Shown: positions 29,418 through 42,386 of the stretch, one piece after another | How positions within the stretch are numbered: position 1 is the stretch's first letter | Layout: every line of letters begins with the position of its first letter | Source: Eledone cirrhosa | Lineage: Eukaryota | Reading direction: 5' to 3' | DNA: 64,000 nt | Assembly: GCA_964016885.1 (NCBI GenBank) | Contig: OZ024745.1 | Span: 66,774,001 to 66,838,000 of the forward strand | Translations under genes and position numbers: made by a program | Notes under the pieces: model-generated | What the model was told of the DNA's origin: nothing | Seen by the model: only the letters and a program-made list of their open reading frames with translations | The model's database searches: none

Positions 29418-29603
29418 TGTGTTGTGTATGTGGCAGATGTATAGTAATAGTAAATGCAAAGGCCAAAACGAAGGAGCAAATATATATTATTAGTAAGGAT
29501 TAAATGCTGGAGCAATAAACCTTCAGAAGATCCCGCATAGGGCGAAAGCAGTAATTTATTGCTTAATCTTTTAATCTGTTCTAATAATGAATATTTGTTC
29601 TTC

Positions 29604-29667
<64 letters not shown>

Positions 29668-29899
29668 GTGCTTAAGTTTGCTTGATGTATGTGAAATCCG
29701 AAATATAGGGACGAATAAATCTATTCCAAAGTAACTCCATCTCTGGTTTTCTTTTTACGCTTTTTATGTATATGATAACATTTCTTTATACATTTCTCTT
29801 CCTTCTTCCTACTGCCATCCGATTTTGTAACCCGGCGATTTACCCATCTGCATTGTAGAGGCTTCCAGAACATTAACGATTAGGCTAAATTGTTACCCA

Positions 29900-30080
29900 G
29901 AACATAAATAGGAAAATAGAATGCTTAGCTAAACAAAAAACCTTTGTCACTGTGAAGGACAACAAATCAATCTTTACCAATGCTCCCGCAACTTGCACGC
30001 TTATTACTTCTGCAGAACACCGAGATAAACTATGTTAGAAAAAACATATTTAGGAAAATAATAACCAGCATAAAAAATGT
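29900..30080 (+). mobile_element. Naiad/Penelope-like RT N-terminal fragment
   Basis: LAKQKTFVTVKDNK..F.N....TLI resembles the PLE FITLKDHK..F.N...RLINP region, from my recall of the family. Confidence 0.55.
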
Positions 30081-30196
30081 ACCCACTAGAGGGGAAAAGA
30101 TGAATCAATATGTTTGTATCACATTTAAGACAGTGGAAGTTAACGGGATATTATGATAGATTTGGAAACACTAGTTGCTTTTCCATTTTCAATGGT

Positions 30197-30243
<47 letters not shown>

Positions 30244-30284
30244 CAGATATTAATAAATGGTGATTATATTTATAAAAGCATATT

Positions 30285-30349
30285 TATTTTATTATATATA
30301 TTTCAAGGGAGACCAAGCCAATCTAGGTGCGCTTTCATCAGATAAAATA
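30285..30349 (-). ncRNA. Type I hammerhead ribozyme
   Basis: Minus strand: TATTTTAT-CTGATGA-AAGCGCACC..GGTCTCCCTT-GAA-ATATATAT-A-ATAAAATA; perfect 8-bp stem I, palindromic stem III. Confidence 0.8.
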
Positions 30350-30490
30350 CAAAATTTGTTTTACAAATAACGACATACCCATGGAAATAAACCTTAACGG
30401 TCGAAAATTCCAGTGAATTTCCGACCGTTAAGGTTGATTTCCATAGGTATGTCGTTATTTATAAAACAAATTTTGTATTCTATCTGATGA
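30335..30490. repeat. Near-perfect palindrome, 76-bp arms, 4-nt loop
   Basis: TCATCAGATAAAATACAAAATTTG...GAAAATTC-CAGT-GAATTTCC...CAAATTTTGTATTCTATCTGATGA. Confidence 0.95.
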
Positions 30491-30578
30491 CATATCTGGT
30501 ATATATATATAGAGAGATTTTTAGATAATAATTTTACGTGTATGTATGTTATCGTGTATACATATGTGTATATAAGTG

Positions 30579-30615
<37 letters not shown>

Positions 30616-30750
30616 ATATGTATGTATACATTTTTATATATATGTGTATGTGTATATATATATATGTGTGTGTGTATTTTTATTTATGTGGTGTTGTAAC
30701 CCTTTGTACTTTGTGTGTGTGTATATATGTACACATATATATATGTATAT

Positions 30751-30809
<59 letters not shown>

Positions 30810-31026
30810 ATATATATTTGTTTGTATGGTTTTGTATGCATATTTATAATTACATACAGAGTTTTTTAATGCTTATTTTTATTGATTATTTGCTCCAGGA
30901 CTGTTGAGTGCTCTTAATCAGCTATACACATTTATACCTTTATTTTTTATTTGTCGTATACCCTACCATTTGAATACCCCTTCCTTCCCTTTATTTCTAT
31001 TTTGTGTATGTATGTATGTATATTTA

Positions 31027-31099
<73 letters not shown>

Positions 31100-31268
31100 G
31101 TGTGTATATATGTGTATATATGTGTATGTATATATATATATATATGTACATAAAATTGAAAATACATTTTTATGTTTTTCTTTTGTGTATATATCTATAT
31201 ATGTGTATATATGTGTGTGTATGTATGTATTGTATCTATATATGTATGTATGTATATATGTATGTACT

Positions 31269-31880
31269 ATGTCAGGTCACCAGTTGGTGCTACTGGTAAC
31301 ATGTATCCCAGTACAACCTGTCTCATGGTCGGGTCGTTGGCGACTAAACTGGCAACCCCACCAAGGTTTCTTGGTGAGGAGGGTGACTTTGGACATCCTG
31401 CAGGACTAAAAACAAAACCTGTCAAAGGGCAAGGGAGCTCTTAAGACTCAATAGCCATCCAAAATCACCGGGAGAGATGACCCCTTAGCCTTTGTCAAGG
31501 CAGAATTCTAGGAGAAGGAAAACTCTGATATAACACCTGCAACCCTGATGGTATCCAATGATGTTGACTTGTTCTTCTTTTTGGTAAATATCATCTTGGT
31601 TAAGAGAGTGGGACTGGCTTTGTGCAGTGCCTTTGCTCACTATAAAAGCTTCACAGCACAGGCATTGCTTTGTATCTGGAGATCTCTCTGCACTTGTCAT
31701 CACATGGTACCATGGGCCCTGCACTATGTGTCAATAATGGTCACAAGTGTAGTCTTTGTGCCAGAGTTTTCAAGTCGCTGGCTGGACTAAAAAGTCACAT
31801 TCGTTCAGCGCATCGGTAGGGGTTCTCCTACATGGATATAAAGTAGTGGCCGTACTCGAAAACGAGTTGGCAGCCACCAT
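31269..31880 (+). mobile_element. ~610-bp non-autonomous RTE-derived retroelement, full copy
   Basis: At least five copies in the window. The 3' part encodes [25 protein letters not shown], like the C-terminal C2H2 finger of RTE-clade LINEs; no RT. Confidence 0.75.
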
Positions 31881-31903
31881 GTATATATGTATGTATATAT
31901 ATT

Positions 31904-32514
31904 ATGTCAGGTCACCAGTTGGTGCTACTGGTAACATGTATCCCAGTATAACCTGTCTCATGGTCGGTTCGTTGGCGACTAAACTGACAACCCCACCAAG
32001 GTTTCTTGGTGAGGAGGGTGATTTTGGACATCCTGCAGGACTAAAAACAAAACCTGTCAAAGGGTAAAGGAGCTCTTAAGAGTCAATGGCCATCCAAAAT
32101 CACCGGGAGAGATGACTCATTAGCCTTTGTCAAGGCAGAATTCTAGGAGGAGGAAAACTCTGATATAACACCTGCAACCCTTATGGTATCCAATGATGTT
32201 GACTTGTTCTTCTTTTTGGTAAATATCATCTTGGTTAAGAGAGTGGGACTGGCTTTGTGCAGTCCCTTTGCTCACTATAAAAGCTTCACGGCACAGGCAT
32301 TGCTTTGCATCTGGAGATCTCTCTGCACTTGTCGTCACAGGGTACTATGGACCCAGCACTATGTGTCAATAATTGTCACAAGTCTATGTTTGTACCAGAG
32401 ATTTCAAGGCGCTGGTTGAACTAAAAAGTCACACTCCTTCTGCGCAACGGTAGGGGTTCTCCTACACGGATATAAAGTAGTGGCCGTACTCGAAAACGAG
32501 TTAGCAGCCACCAT
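31904..32514 (+). mobile_element. Second tandem copy of the RTE-derived element
   Basis: Colinear with 31269-31880, with scattered substitutions. Confidence 0.8.
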
Positions 32515-33083
32515 GTATAAATATATATATCTGTATTTGTCTGCGTGTATATAAGTATGTATATATATGTGTGTGTGTGTAGGTGTGTATATGTGTGTAT
32601 ATATATATATATGTTTACATATATATATGTGTGTGTGTGTATGCGCGCGCGTGAGTACGTACTTATGCGTATGTGTGTATGTAACTTGATAGTTTTTATA
32701 TTTATGTTTTTATCTTTAAGAAATTGTTATACTATATGTGTGTATGTAGTTGTATGCATTTATGTGTGCGTGTATATGTATCTGTATTTATATACTCTTT
32801 TGTGTCTGTGCTGTGTTTATATGTATGGAGTGTGCTTGTATATTTATATGTATGTGTGTGTATATGTGTGTGTATATATGTATATATATATATGTGTGTG
32901 CATGTACACATATATGTATATGTATATATATTTATATATATATATATGTGTGTGTATATATATATATAAATATATATATATTTTTATATATATATATATT
33001 TATATTTAGGTTTTTTTTGTGCATTTGCTTACCACATGCGTTTGGTCATTTATTATAATTATAATTATTTTTATCTTTTATTT

Positions 33084-33278
33084 AGGGCGGTGAATTGGCA
33101 GTATCTGTAGAGGGTCGGACGTCAGGCTTTCTAGCATAGTTACGTCCCTTTACGGTCTGATTTCAAATCCCGCCGAGTTTAACTTTGACTTTCATCCTTA
33201 TGAGGTCGATAAAATAAAGTACCAGTAATGTAATGTAAAATTTGCTGGCCTTGTGCCAAAAGTAGAAACAATTATTAT
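33084..33278 (+). mobile_element. tRNA-derived SINE
   Basis: Full family sequence. Confidence 0.9.
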
Positions 33279-33428
33279 ATTTATTTTAAATGTTGCCGTC
33301 TTGTATCGCTGTCAACTTAATAATATTTTTTATATTTTTTTTTTATTTTTTTTTTATTTATTTATTTATTTTTTTTATTTTGTGTATATATGTATATATG
33401 TGTATATATGTGTGTGTGTGTATGTATG

Positions 33429-33467
<39 letters not shown>

Positions 33468-33593
33468 TTGTCTGCGTGTATATATATATATGTGTGTGTG
33501 TGTAGGTGTGTATATGTGTGAATATATATATATATATTTCGTTTCTGAATTTGTTTAGCAAGATTCTTTATCTGAAATCGTGTGTTGAAACCG

Positions 33594-33687
33594 ATATTGT
33601 TATACTTTGGGAGGGTCATGTTGCCAATAAAAAACACACGCACCAGTGCGTGTGTTTCTTATTGGCAACATGACCCTCCCAAAGTAT

Positions 33688-33695
<8 letters not shown>
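33594..33695. repeat. Fold-back palindrome of family A (50-bp arms, 2-nt loop, 1 mismatch)
   Basis: ATATTGTTATACTTTGGGAGGGTCATGTTGCCAATAA..CACACGCAC-CA-GTGCGTGTG..TTATTGGCAACATGACCCTCCCAAAGTATAACAATAT. Confidence 0.95.
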
Positions 33696-33775
<80 letters not shown>

Positions 33776-33929
33776 ACGCGCGCGCGTGTGTACGTACTTA
33801 TGCGTATGTGTGTATGTAACTTTATAGTTTTTATATTTATGTTTTTATTTTTAAGAAATGTTTATACTATATGTGTGTATGTGTTGTATGCATTAATGTG
33901 TGCGTGTATATGTATGCGTATGTATGTTG

Positions 33930-36795
33930 GATGATTAACATAAAATCGCGCCGAGTGGAACGGGCATCCGAATCCCAAATCTAAAAAGCTTTGGGACATG
34001 TGTGGGCAAAAAAAACCCACATCAGACGTGAGCAGAAATATGGAACCGTGGATATGTTCTTTGAAACACCATTAGGTTTAGTAAGGCTTTAGCAATAGAG
34101 AAAAATAGAGCAGAGGGAGAACTAGTTAGAAAATTAGACGAGACGCTTAGCAAAGGCATCGCGACCGACGTACTTGCGGCGAAATTGGCCCTTGACCAAT
34201 TCTTCAATGCAAAGCACGAAGGCTGCGTCGCCAGAGCTAGGGTGTGTGCCTAAGACACGAGGGGACGAAAGCCGTTCAATGGGCCCGAGTGGCGGAGGCG
34301 CGTCGTAGCAACAAAGCCACGATCCGGTCTTTGGTGGACCACGACGGGCGCATGCTACTCGATCCAGGGCAAATGTGTGAAGCTTTTCAGCGACACTTCG
34401 CTCAGCTGTTCGGGGGCAGCGGCGGGCCGGATCGAGAGATGGACTTTAGTGTCTACCTCGACGGACTGCCGCGGCTCTCGGCTACTGAGGCGGAGTGTTG
34501 CGAAAAGCCAATAACAGCCGCTGAAGTACGGGAGGCAATGACTGGCTGCACAAGGGGTAAATCACCTGGTTTGGATGGTCTTCTCTATAAACTTTACGTA
34601 CAGATGCCAGACTTGTTCGGAGGCCTCTTGAAGGAGGTCTACTCCAACTGGCAACAGAACGGGAGAATTCCCAGCTCTGTGAGCCGAGGAGCGGTGGCGC
34701 TGCTGAGAAAGGATCCGAACAAGGGGAATAACATAGATAATGTCAGGCCCATAACTCTGCTAAACACAGAGTTCAAGATTTTGGCCAAGGTGCTAGCAAA
34801 GAGGTTGGCGCTTGCCGTTGGTGGTCTGGTGGGAGAGGCGCAGACATGCGCCCTTCCTGACAGATCCATCCACGACAACCTCCACCTCATGCGATACATC
34901 GTAGAGAGGGTAGCTAGGTAACCTGGCACGGTTGGGTCCTTGATCAATTTAGATCAGTTGAAAGCTTTCGATAGGGTCGACCATCGTTACCTAGCGGCCG
35001 TCCTGAGGGCGGCTGGCTTTGGCCCCGTCTTCAGAGGCTGGATCACTGCCATGCACAGCGACATCTGCTCTGTAGTGAGAGTGAACGGTCACCTTTCGGA
35101 ACCGTTCAACATCATGCTCTCGGTCCGCCAATGATGTCCCCTCTCGTCCCTCTTGTACGTTTTGACTCTCGAGCCATTACTGCACAAACTGGAGACTTAG
35201 AGCGGGATCCCGTATATGCGGACAATGTCACCGTAGTGGTGTCGAACGCCAAACACATCGTGGCGATCGGCACTACACTAAGAGAATACGAAGCGGTGAC
35301 AGGAGCAATGATCAACCAGGAAAAGTCAGTGGGCCTTTATTTCGGCACCTAGAGAGGCAGGTCCATGCCGTCCAATAGCGTCGTCAGGCGCTGGACGGAC
35401 GGACCGGTTAAATTGTTAGGGGTCTGGTTCGGTCCTCCGGGACGAGGTGACGAGCAGGGTGGCTTCTCTCACCCAGAAATGGGCCGAGAGGAAGCTATCC
35501 TTGAAAGGTCGAGCGGAGGTGGCGTACGCGTACATCACGTCCGTCATTACTACCGCCTGACCGTCGTACCTTGTCCTAAGCCCTGACTGCACTGGAGCGT
35601 TTGCTCTTTTGCTTTTTGTGGAAGGGACGCCCTTCGATGGTCAGGCGATCTATCTACTGTCAACACCCTCTACGTGGAGGTCTGGGCATGCTCTGGCTGA
35701 TGATGCGCAGACACGCGCTCAGGCTACGACATCTCCACCTCTTCCTCGACGTTTGATCGACGCGTCTTTCCCCTGCTCGTCTCCTTGGCGGAGCTGCAGT
35801 CCATAAATCAAGCGAAGACCGAGAGGGGAGCGCTTAGAGATTGGAATGTTTTCAGGCGCTCACAGCCCTCGACCAATCGGTCAATGTTATCGGAGGAAAC
35901 TCCACCTGGGCGTTCTATAGAGGATTAGTGGAGGGGAAGAGCGACGACGTACTTGGGGAAACTCTTGGCGTCGACGAAAATCAACTAGCCTATCTCTTCG
36001 GAAGAACTTTCGGGCCGGGGCCTATGGACAACTTCCAGAAAAATCCCTGGCCTGGCAGTGCTACCGAGGAGCTTTGCCAGTTCGGGATAAACTCTAAAGA
36101 CATGGAGATGCCGTCAGTCGGGCATGTCCGAAATGCGCCAAGGGCGACGAAACCGTCCTGCACGCACTCGTCCAGTGTTCGAGCATTGCTGACTTGTATG
36201 TTTATGTCGAACACCTGCTGTCGCGTGTATGATGGATCCAGCTATCAGCGGAGTCCATCGTGAGGATTGCCCCGCCCTCTTCCTTTAGCCGGGAAGGGCA
36301 GGCAGTTTTTATCTGTCTGGTGGCCATGGCGAAAGTGATAGTATGGTGGACACGTTTGAAAGGGCTGAAGACGAGCACTTACCTCTTCGGTGATGCCCTG
36401 ATTAACTTTTTCAAATTTCATTTAAAAAGGCAAATCAGGGTTGAAAGGGAAGTGCTCTCTTGCCAGCATTTTGTTGAAAGATGGGTGAGAGAGGCAAGAA
36501 TGGCCCGAGTGAATGGGCCTACTCTGAGTATGTGTCTGTAAATTAAAGGTGGAAAACTGGGAGAGGGCACTTGCCCTGGTGGTCAGGGTCACTGTGGCTT
36601 TTTAATGGGCTTTCTCCACGAAGGTCCCTCGGAAGTCTCCCTCCTATTGGTGAATTTTTTCATTGTTCTATTATTACATCCTCCGTTTTTGTTGTTTTTT
36701 TACACGCAGAAATGCCCTTTTGTACCGTACTGTATTGTCCTGTACTGTCCTTAATGTCTGCTTAGTGTAAACCCTTATGGTTAATAAAGAAAGCA
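33930..36795 (+). mobile_element. 5'-truncated L1/Tx1-clade LINE ORF2 (pseudogenised)
   Basis: GKSPGLDGL, RPITLLNTEFKILAKVLAKRL, LDQLKAFDRVDH, YADNV, VKLLGVWF, C-terminal CPKC..ETVLHALVQC knuckle; AATAAA then (ATT)n. Confidence 0.92.
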
Positions 36796-36814
36796 TTATT
36801 ATTATTATTATTCT

Positions 36815-36913
36815 CGTCGAGGTTAACTTTGCCTTTCATCCTTACGGGGTCGATAAAACAAAGTACCAGTAATGTACTGGGTAATTGCTGGCCTTGTGCC
36901 AAAAGTAGAAACA

Positions 36914-36952
<39 letters not shown>

Positions 36953-37155
36953 TTTATTTTTTATTTAGGGCGGTGAATTGGCAGTATCTGTAGAGGGTCG
37001 GACGCCAGGCTTTCTAGCATAGTTACGTCCCTTTACGGTCTGAGTTCATATCCCGCCGAGGTTAACTTTGCCTTTCATCCTTAGGGGATCGATAAAATAA
37101 AGTATCAGTAATGTACTGGTTAATTGCTGGCCTTGAGCCAAAAGTAGAAACATTT
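36815..37155 (+). mobile_element. SINE 3' half, (ATT)n, and a full SINE
   Basis: Family sequence at 36815-36920 and 36967-37155. Confidence 0.9.
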
Positions 37156-37554
37156 ATTATTTTTATTTTTATTTTTATTTTAAATTTTGCCGTCAACTTA
37201 ATAATATTTTTTATTTTTTTATTTTTTTATTTTTTTATTTTTTTATTTTTTTATTTTTTTATTTTTTTATTTTTTTATTTTTTTATTTTTTTATTTTTTT
37301 ATTTTTTTATTTTCTTAATACTTATTTTTTATGTCACGGCCTATTATGATTATTTATTCTTATTTGTGTGTGTGCATATGTATCCTTTTACATGTGAGTA
37401 CGTATGCATGTGTGTGTATATATATATGTGTGTATGTATGTGTGTGTGTGTATGTATGTATGTATGTATGTATGTATGTATGTATGTATGTATGTATGTA
37501 TGTATGTGTATATATATATGTATATATGTGCATATATATGTATATATATATATC

Positions 37555-37617
<63 letters not shown>

Positions 37618-37621
<4 letters not shown>

Positions 37622-38082
37622 GTAGAACACTGGAAGGGAATAACCATAGTGGTAGAGCACTCAGTCCATGGGACGAGTTAGGTAGAAGTGGTTACGCAAC
37701 AGTTAGTTCACCATGCCGAGAACAATTGTTTCACCTTAGCGGATCCTCAGCTCGTAATGGACATGGTTATACTGAACAGGAAGGACAACAGTGCGAACGT
37801 GCATGCGCAGAAACGATCACTTCACACAGACAATCCTAAATTGCGTGCTAGAGGTGTGAGGGAGATAACTGCGAAAATCCGAAAGTTTCTAGTTGAAAAT
37901 TAGGATGTTGATGAATTCAATCCGGAGCTTTGTAGATATGGAAGAGGTGTTTCCAGACGCGTGGACAACGTGTGAAGAATTCACCACTCTATTTAGGAAA
38001 TTACTATTGCGTAATATCTTTAGAATATTTATTCGTTCATCAATATATAGTCCACACGATGGATTGCCCCTTGATTCGCAGT
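37618..38082 (+). mobile_element. Unclassified interspersed repeat, possibly a PLE 3' end
   Basis: First ~110 bp are homologous to the reverse complement of 47565-47681; flanked by (TA)n; weak hammerhead-like GGAAGA-GG..CC-AGACGCGT at ~37940. Confidence 0.45.
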
Positions 38083-38252
38083 TATATATATATATATATT
38101 TCATGTGTTTATTTTAGATATATATATATATATATATGTCAATCAATTTCTAGTGATATAAAATGCTCGGATCTATTCATTGTAATATTTGAACATATTC
38201 TACAGTGGATATGGCGCACGTATCTCGGACATGACACCTTTAATTTAATTTT

Positions 38253-38292
<40 letters not shown>

Positions 38293-38293
38293 C

Positions 38294-38704
38294 ATGGTGG
38301 CTGGCAACTCGTTTTCGAGTACGGCCACTACTTTATATCCATGTAGGAGAACTCCTACCGATGCGCTGAGCGAGTGGGACTTTTTAGTCCAACCAACGAC
38401 TTTAAAACTATGTTACAAACACTACACTTGTGACAATTATTGACACATAGTACTGGGCCCATGGTACCATGTGACGTCAAGTGCAGTGAGATCTCCAGAT
38501 ATAAAGCAATGCCTGTGCCGTGAAGCTTTTATAGTGAGCAAAGGCACTGCACAAAGCCAGTCCCACTCTCTTAACCAAGATGATATTTACCAAAAAAAAG
38601 AACAAGTCAACATCATTGGATACCATCAGAGTTGCAGGTGTTATATCAGAGTTTTCCTTCCCCTAGAATTCTGCCTTGACAAAAGGCTAAGGGGGTCATC
38701 TCTC
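38294..38704 (-). mobile_element. 5'-truncated RTE-derived element
   Basis: Reverse complement of ~31473-31880. Confidence 0.85.
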
Positions 38705-38718
38705 ATATATATATATAT

Positions 38719-38793
<75 letters not shown>

Positions 38794-38796
38794 CAT

Positions 38797-38834
<38 letters not shown>

Positions 38835-38837
38835 CAT

Positions 38838-38887
<50 letters not shown>

Positions 38888-39061
38888 TATATTACATACA
38901 TATATATATATATATATATTACATACATATATAGATATATATATATTACATACATATATATATATATATTACATATATATATTTATATTACTTACATATA
39001 TATATTACTTACATATATATATATATATATATATATTACATACATATATATATATATATAT

Positions 39062-39114
<53 letters not shown>

Positions 39115-39362
39115 CATATTATATTTATATTACTTACATATATATATTACTTACATATATATATTATATACATATATTACTTACATATATATTACATACA
39201 TATATATATATATTACATATATATATATATATGTAATATATATATATATATATATTACATACATATATATATATATATTACATATATATATATATAAATA
39301 TTACATATATATATATATTACATATATATATATATTACATATATATTACACATATATATTAC
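38705..39362. repeat. Degenerate (TA)n tract punctuated by TTACATA / TTACTTACATA
   Basis: Directly visible. Confidence 0.9.
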
Positions 39363-40480
39363 GTGTGTGTGTGTGTGTGGTTTGTTGTGTGGTGTGTGTG
39401 TGTAGCCGATTTTTTTGGTATACATCGAGAGATATTGTGTTCCCGGAGCGTATATTTACGTAATATTATGTAATCTAGAGCGTAGCTTTTCTCGTGCATT
39501 GTAGAAACGTTCATAAGAAATAAACACACTGAAAACTTATCTCTTTGTTCTGGTTACATACATATATATATATGGGGGGGGGGGGCTCTCTGTGTTCGTG
39601 TGCGTGTGTAGCTATGTGTTTGTCGTTATGTGTGTATGTGCATATCATGTGTATAAGAATTAAATATTATACACTTATACTCATCCTATGCCCAATATAG
39701 AATGTCTCGATTCATGATGGGAAACATCAAATGTATAAAACTATGAACGAACCAACTAAATCTAATTTAAATCTAAAGTGATATTAGACATTATAATAGC
39801 AATTTTGTGAGAGAATAGAGACAAAGATGCACTCCTGTCATTGGAGCTGTTGATCTTTTCTATCTCAAAGTCACTCTTATCTAGTAATTTTATTGCCGAT
39901 TTTTTGTATAAATATGTGTTATTACCACTCTCACATTGCGTGTAACCCATTTCCGTCAGTAGTATGCTCTAATTCATCACTAGAAATTATTCAACTACGA
40001 TTAACTATGACCTGTTAAAAATGGAGATGTTATACATTAAAATAAGGTAGTTGCGCATAAAAAATGACAATCTCACGTACAAATTAAGTTCTGTATAGCA
40101 GATTTTATTTAGCTGAGATTCCTAATTAATATAAATTGCTAGAAAATATTAAAAAATAAAGAACTTTAGTAGAAAAATTTCTGTCGTTTCAATTTTATAT
40201 TCATCGAAAAGTTTCCGCTGACAGGAATAATATAAATATCTGGAATAATGAAGAGGTATTTGCAATAAAAGCTAAAGTAATATTCCAGCCTTCAGATTGA
40301 CATTTAGAATTAATAACAATTGTTAGAGTTAGAATATTCACAGCATTTTTATGAACATACATTACATCAATCGTATTAACATTCACGTACGACAAAGCAA
40401 TAGTTTAAATCAACGTGACTTGCTTTCATTTGGCTTGTATATATATTTATAAATTTGTATATATATATATATATATATAT

Positions 40481-42135
40481 ATAACTTTGATAACTTTGAT
40501 AACTTTGATAGGTTTCGTTCGGCAAGTATTGTCTAACTTAATAGCACCACCTGGTGGAGTCTTACAAATCAGGGTTTGGGCACCATGGCCCACTCGATCA
40601 GAGAGTTATTGTTTACGGAGGCATATCTGGGTGTAGGAGGCTTATCCGGGATTTCTTGAAGGAATCTTTCCAGAGACTTCTTGAACTTGATTGGGCATGT
40701 TACTGTTTTGATGTGTTTTGGTGTAATGTTAAAGAGAGCAGGGCCAATTGAGGTGAAATAATTGTGCCGTATTGTTGTTATGAGATGCGAGTGATATTTT
40801 TGTCGTGGGCGGATAGTATGGGGCCCAAACATTAAGTGTACATTAAAGGTGATGCCAAGATCATTTGGGCAAAGCTGATGGAATATTTTCCACATCATGC
40901 AGATAATGTAGTGCTCACGGCGACGTTGGAGAGAATAAAGGTTGAGCTTTTCTAATCGACTCCAATAGTCAACGCCTGTCATGCCATCTAGCTTTTTTGT
41001 ATTCGATCTTTGGGGTGCTTCAACTTTCATGATACTTTGTTTCGTGTGGGGAGACCACAGTGGACAACAGTATTCAAGGTGGGGTCGGGCAAAAGTAGAG
41101 AAGAGAAGGATAACAGTGTGGATATCTCTCGACTGGAAAGTTCTGAGAATCCACGAACACATTCTGCGGGCCATGTCAACTTTGCTATTTATATGAGTGG
41201 CCCAGCTTATGTTGTTTTCCACAATTACTCCCATGTTATTGGATGCCACTAGAGTTTCACCCGAAGGAAGAGAGTACGGTAGTTTCAGGGCATCCTTTTT
41301 TCTAAAGTGGATTAATTCAAACTTATCCTCATTCAACAGCATATTATTCTTTTCTGCCCATTGGATAACAGCCAGTAGGTCTGACTGAAGGCAAGTCCGG
41401 CCACCCACCTCATTGATGACCCTTTGGAGTTTGGAATCATCTGCGAAGATTCTTATGTTGCTGTGCTTGATAATGTCAGTAATGTCATTAATGTAGATGA
41501 TGAAAAGAAGTGGGCCCAACACAGTGCCTGACTTTGGCAGGACTTCATTTTACTTCTTCGACTACAACATGTTTGGTTCTGTCTGTCAGCAAACGTTTGA
41601 TCCACTGTAGTAACTTTCCAGAGACACTAATATTGGATAGTTTTTTCAGTAGAATTTTAGGATCAACTCTGTCAAAGGCCTTACTGAAATCAAGGTAGAT
41701 GACATCAGTGTTAGAGCACTCTCCCAAGGCTCTAAAAACATCGTCAAAGTGACGCAGGAGCTGCGTTAGGCAGTCCCTTCCATTCCGAAACCCATGTTGG
41801 TTGGAGTTCAGCAGGCCGTTTCTTTTAAGAAAGTGGGTTATTCGTGATCTCACCACTCTCTCAAATACCTTGATAATATGAGAGGTGAGTGAGCTCGCGC
41901 GGTAGTTCACTGCAAGGGACTTATTTCCCTTTTTGAAGACTGGGACAACTGACTGGGACAGAAGGTTTTCAGGAATATAGCCAGTATCCAGTGAGTTCCT
42001 CTACAAATTAGCAAGATGGGATGCAAGTTGGTGTCAAGACACCCTCAGGACACAAGCAGGGAACCTGTCGGGGCCTACTGCTGAATTGTGTTTAATTTCG
42101 TTTATTACCGCTAAGACATCAGGGGCGCCAAACGT
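40481..42135 (-). mobile_element. 5'-truncated CR1-type LINE
   Basis: NYRA.SLTSHIIKVFER, QHGFRNGRDCLTQLL, YLDFSKAFDRV, LGPLLFIIYIND, IFADDSKL, RPHLEYCCPLWSP; 3' tail of (ATCAAAGTT)3. Confidence 0.92.
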
Positions 42136-42297
42136 TATGTCCGATATATATATATATATGTATAAATATATATATTGTGTTCGGAAAAGATTGTTTTGGT
42201 AAAAACAGGAGTAAGCAGGAGAAAGCTCTCAACAATCATTGTTTTAGTTACGGTGGAGAATTTTATTAAACTAATAAAATAAGGTGCTGAGGTTATA

Positions 42298-42386
42298 TAT
42301 ATAATTATTTCTACGGTTCTCCATGCAATCGAGATGTCCTTCATGCATTTGCTGTTGATTATGAGAACGGTTTCCTCAGATGAAAA
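42298..42386 (-). ncRNA. Putative hammerhead ribozyme at the 3' end of the PLE
   Basis: CTGAGGA-AACCGTTCTC..(long loop)..GAGAACCGTA-GAA-ATAATTAT-A; palindromic stem III; stem I weak. Confidence 0.6.

Noticed and set aside
31740-31820. Host C2H2 zinc-finger gene
   Set aside because: A single finger inside a dispersed multi-copy element, matching the RTE LINE C-terminal finger pattern.
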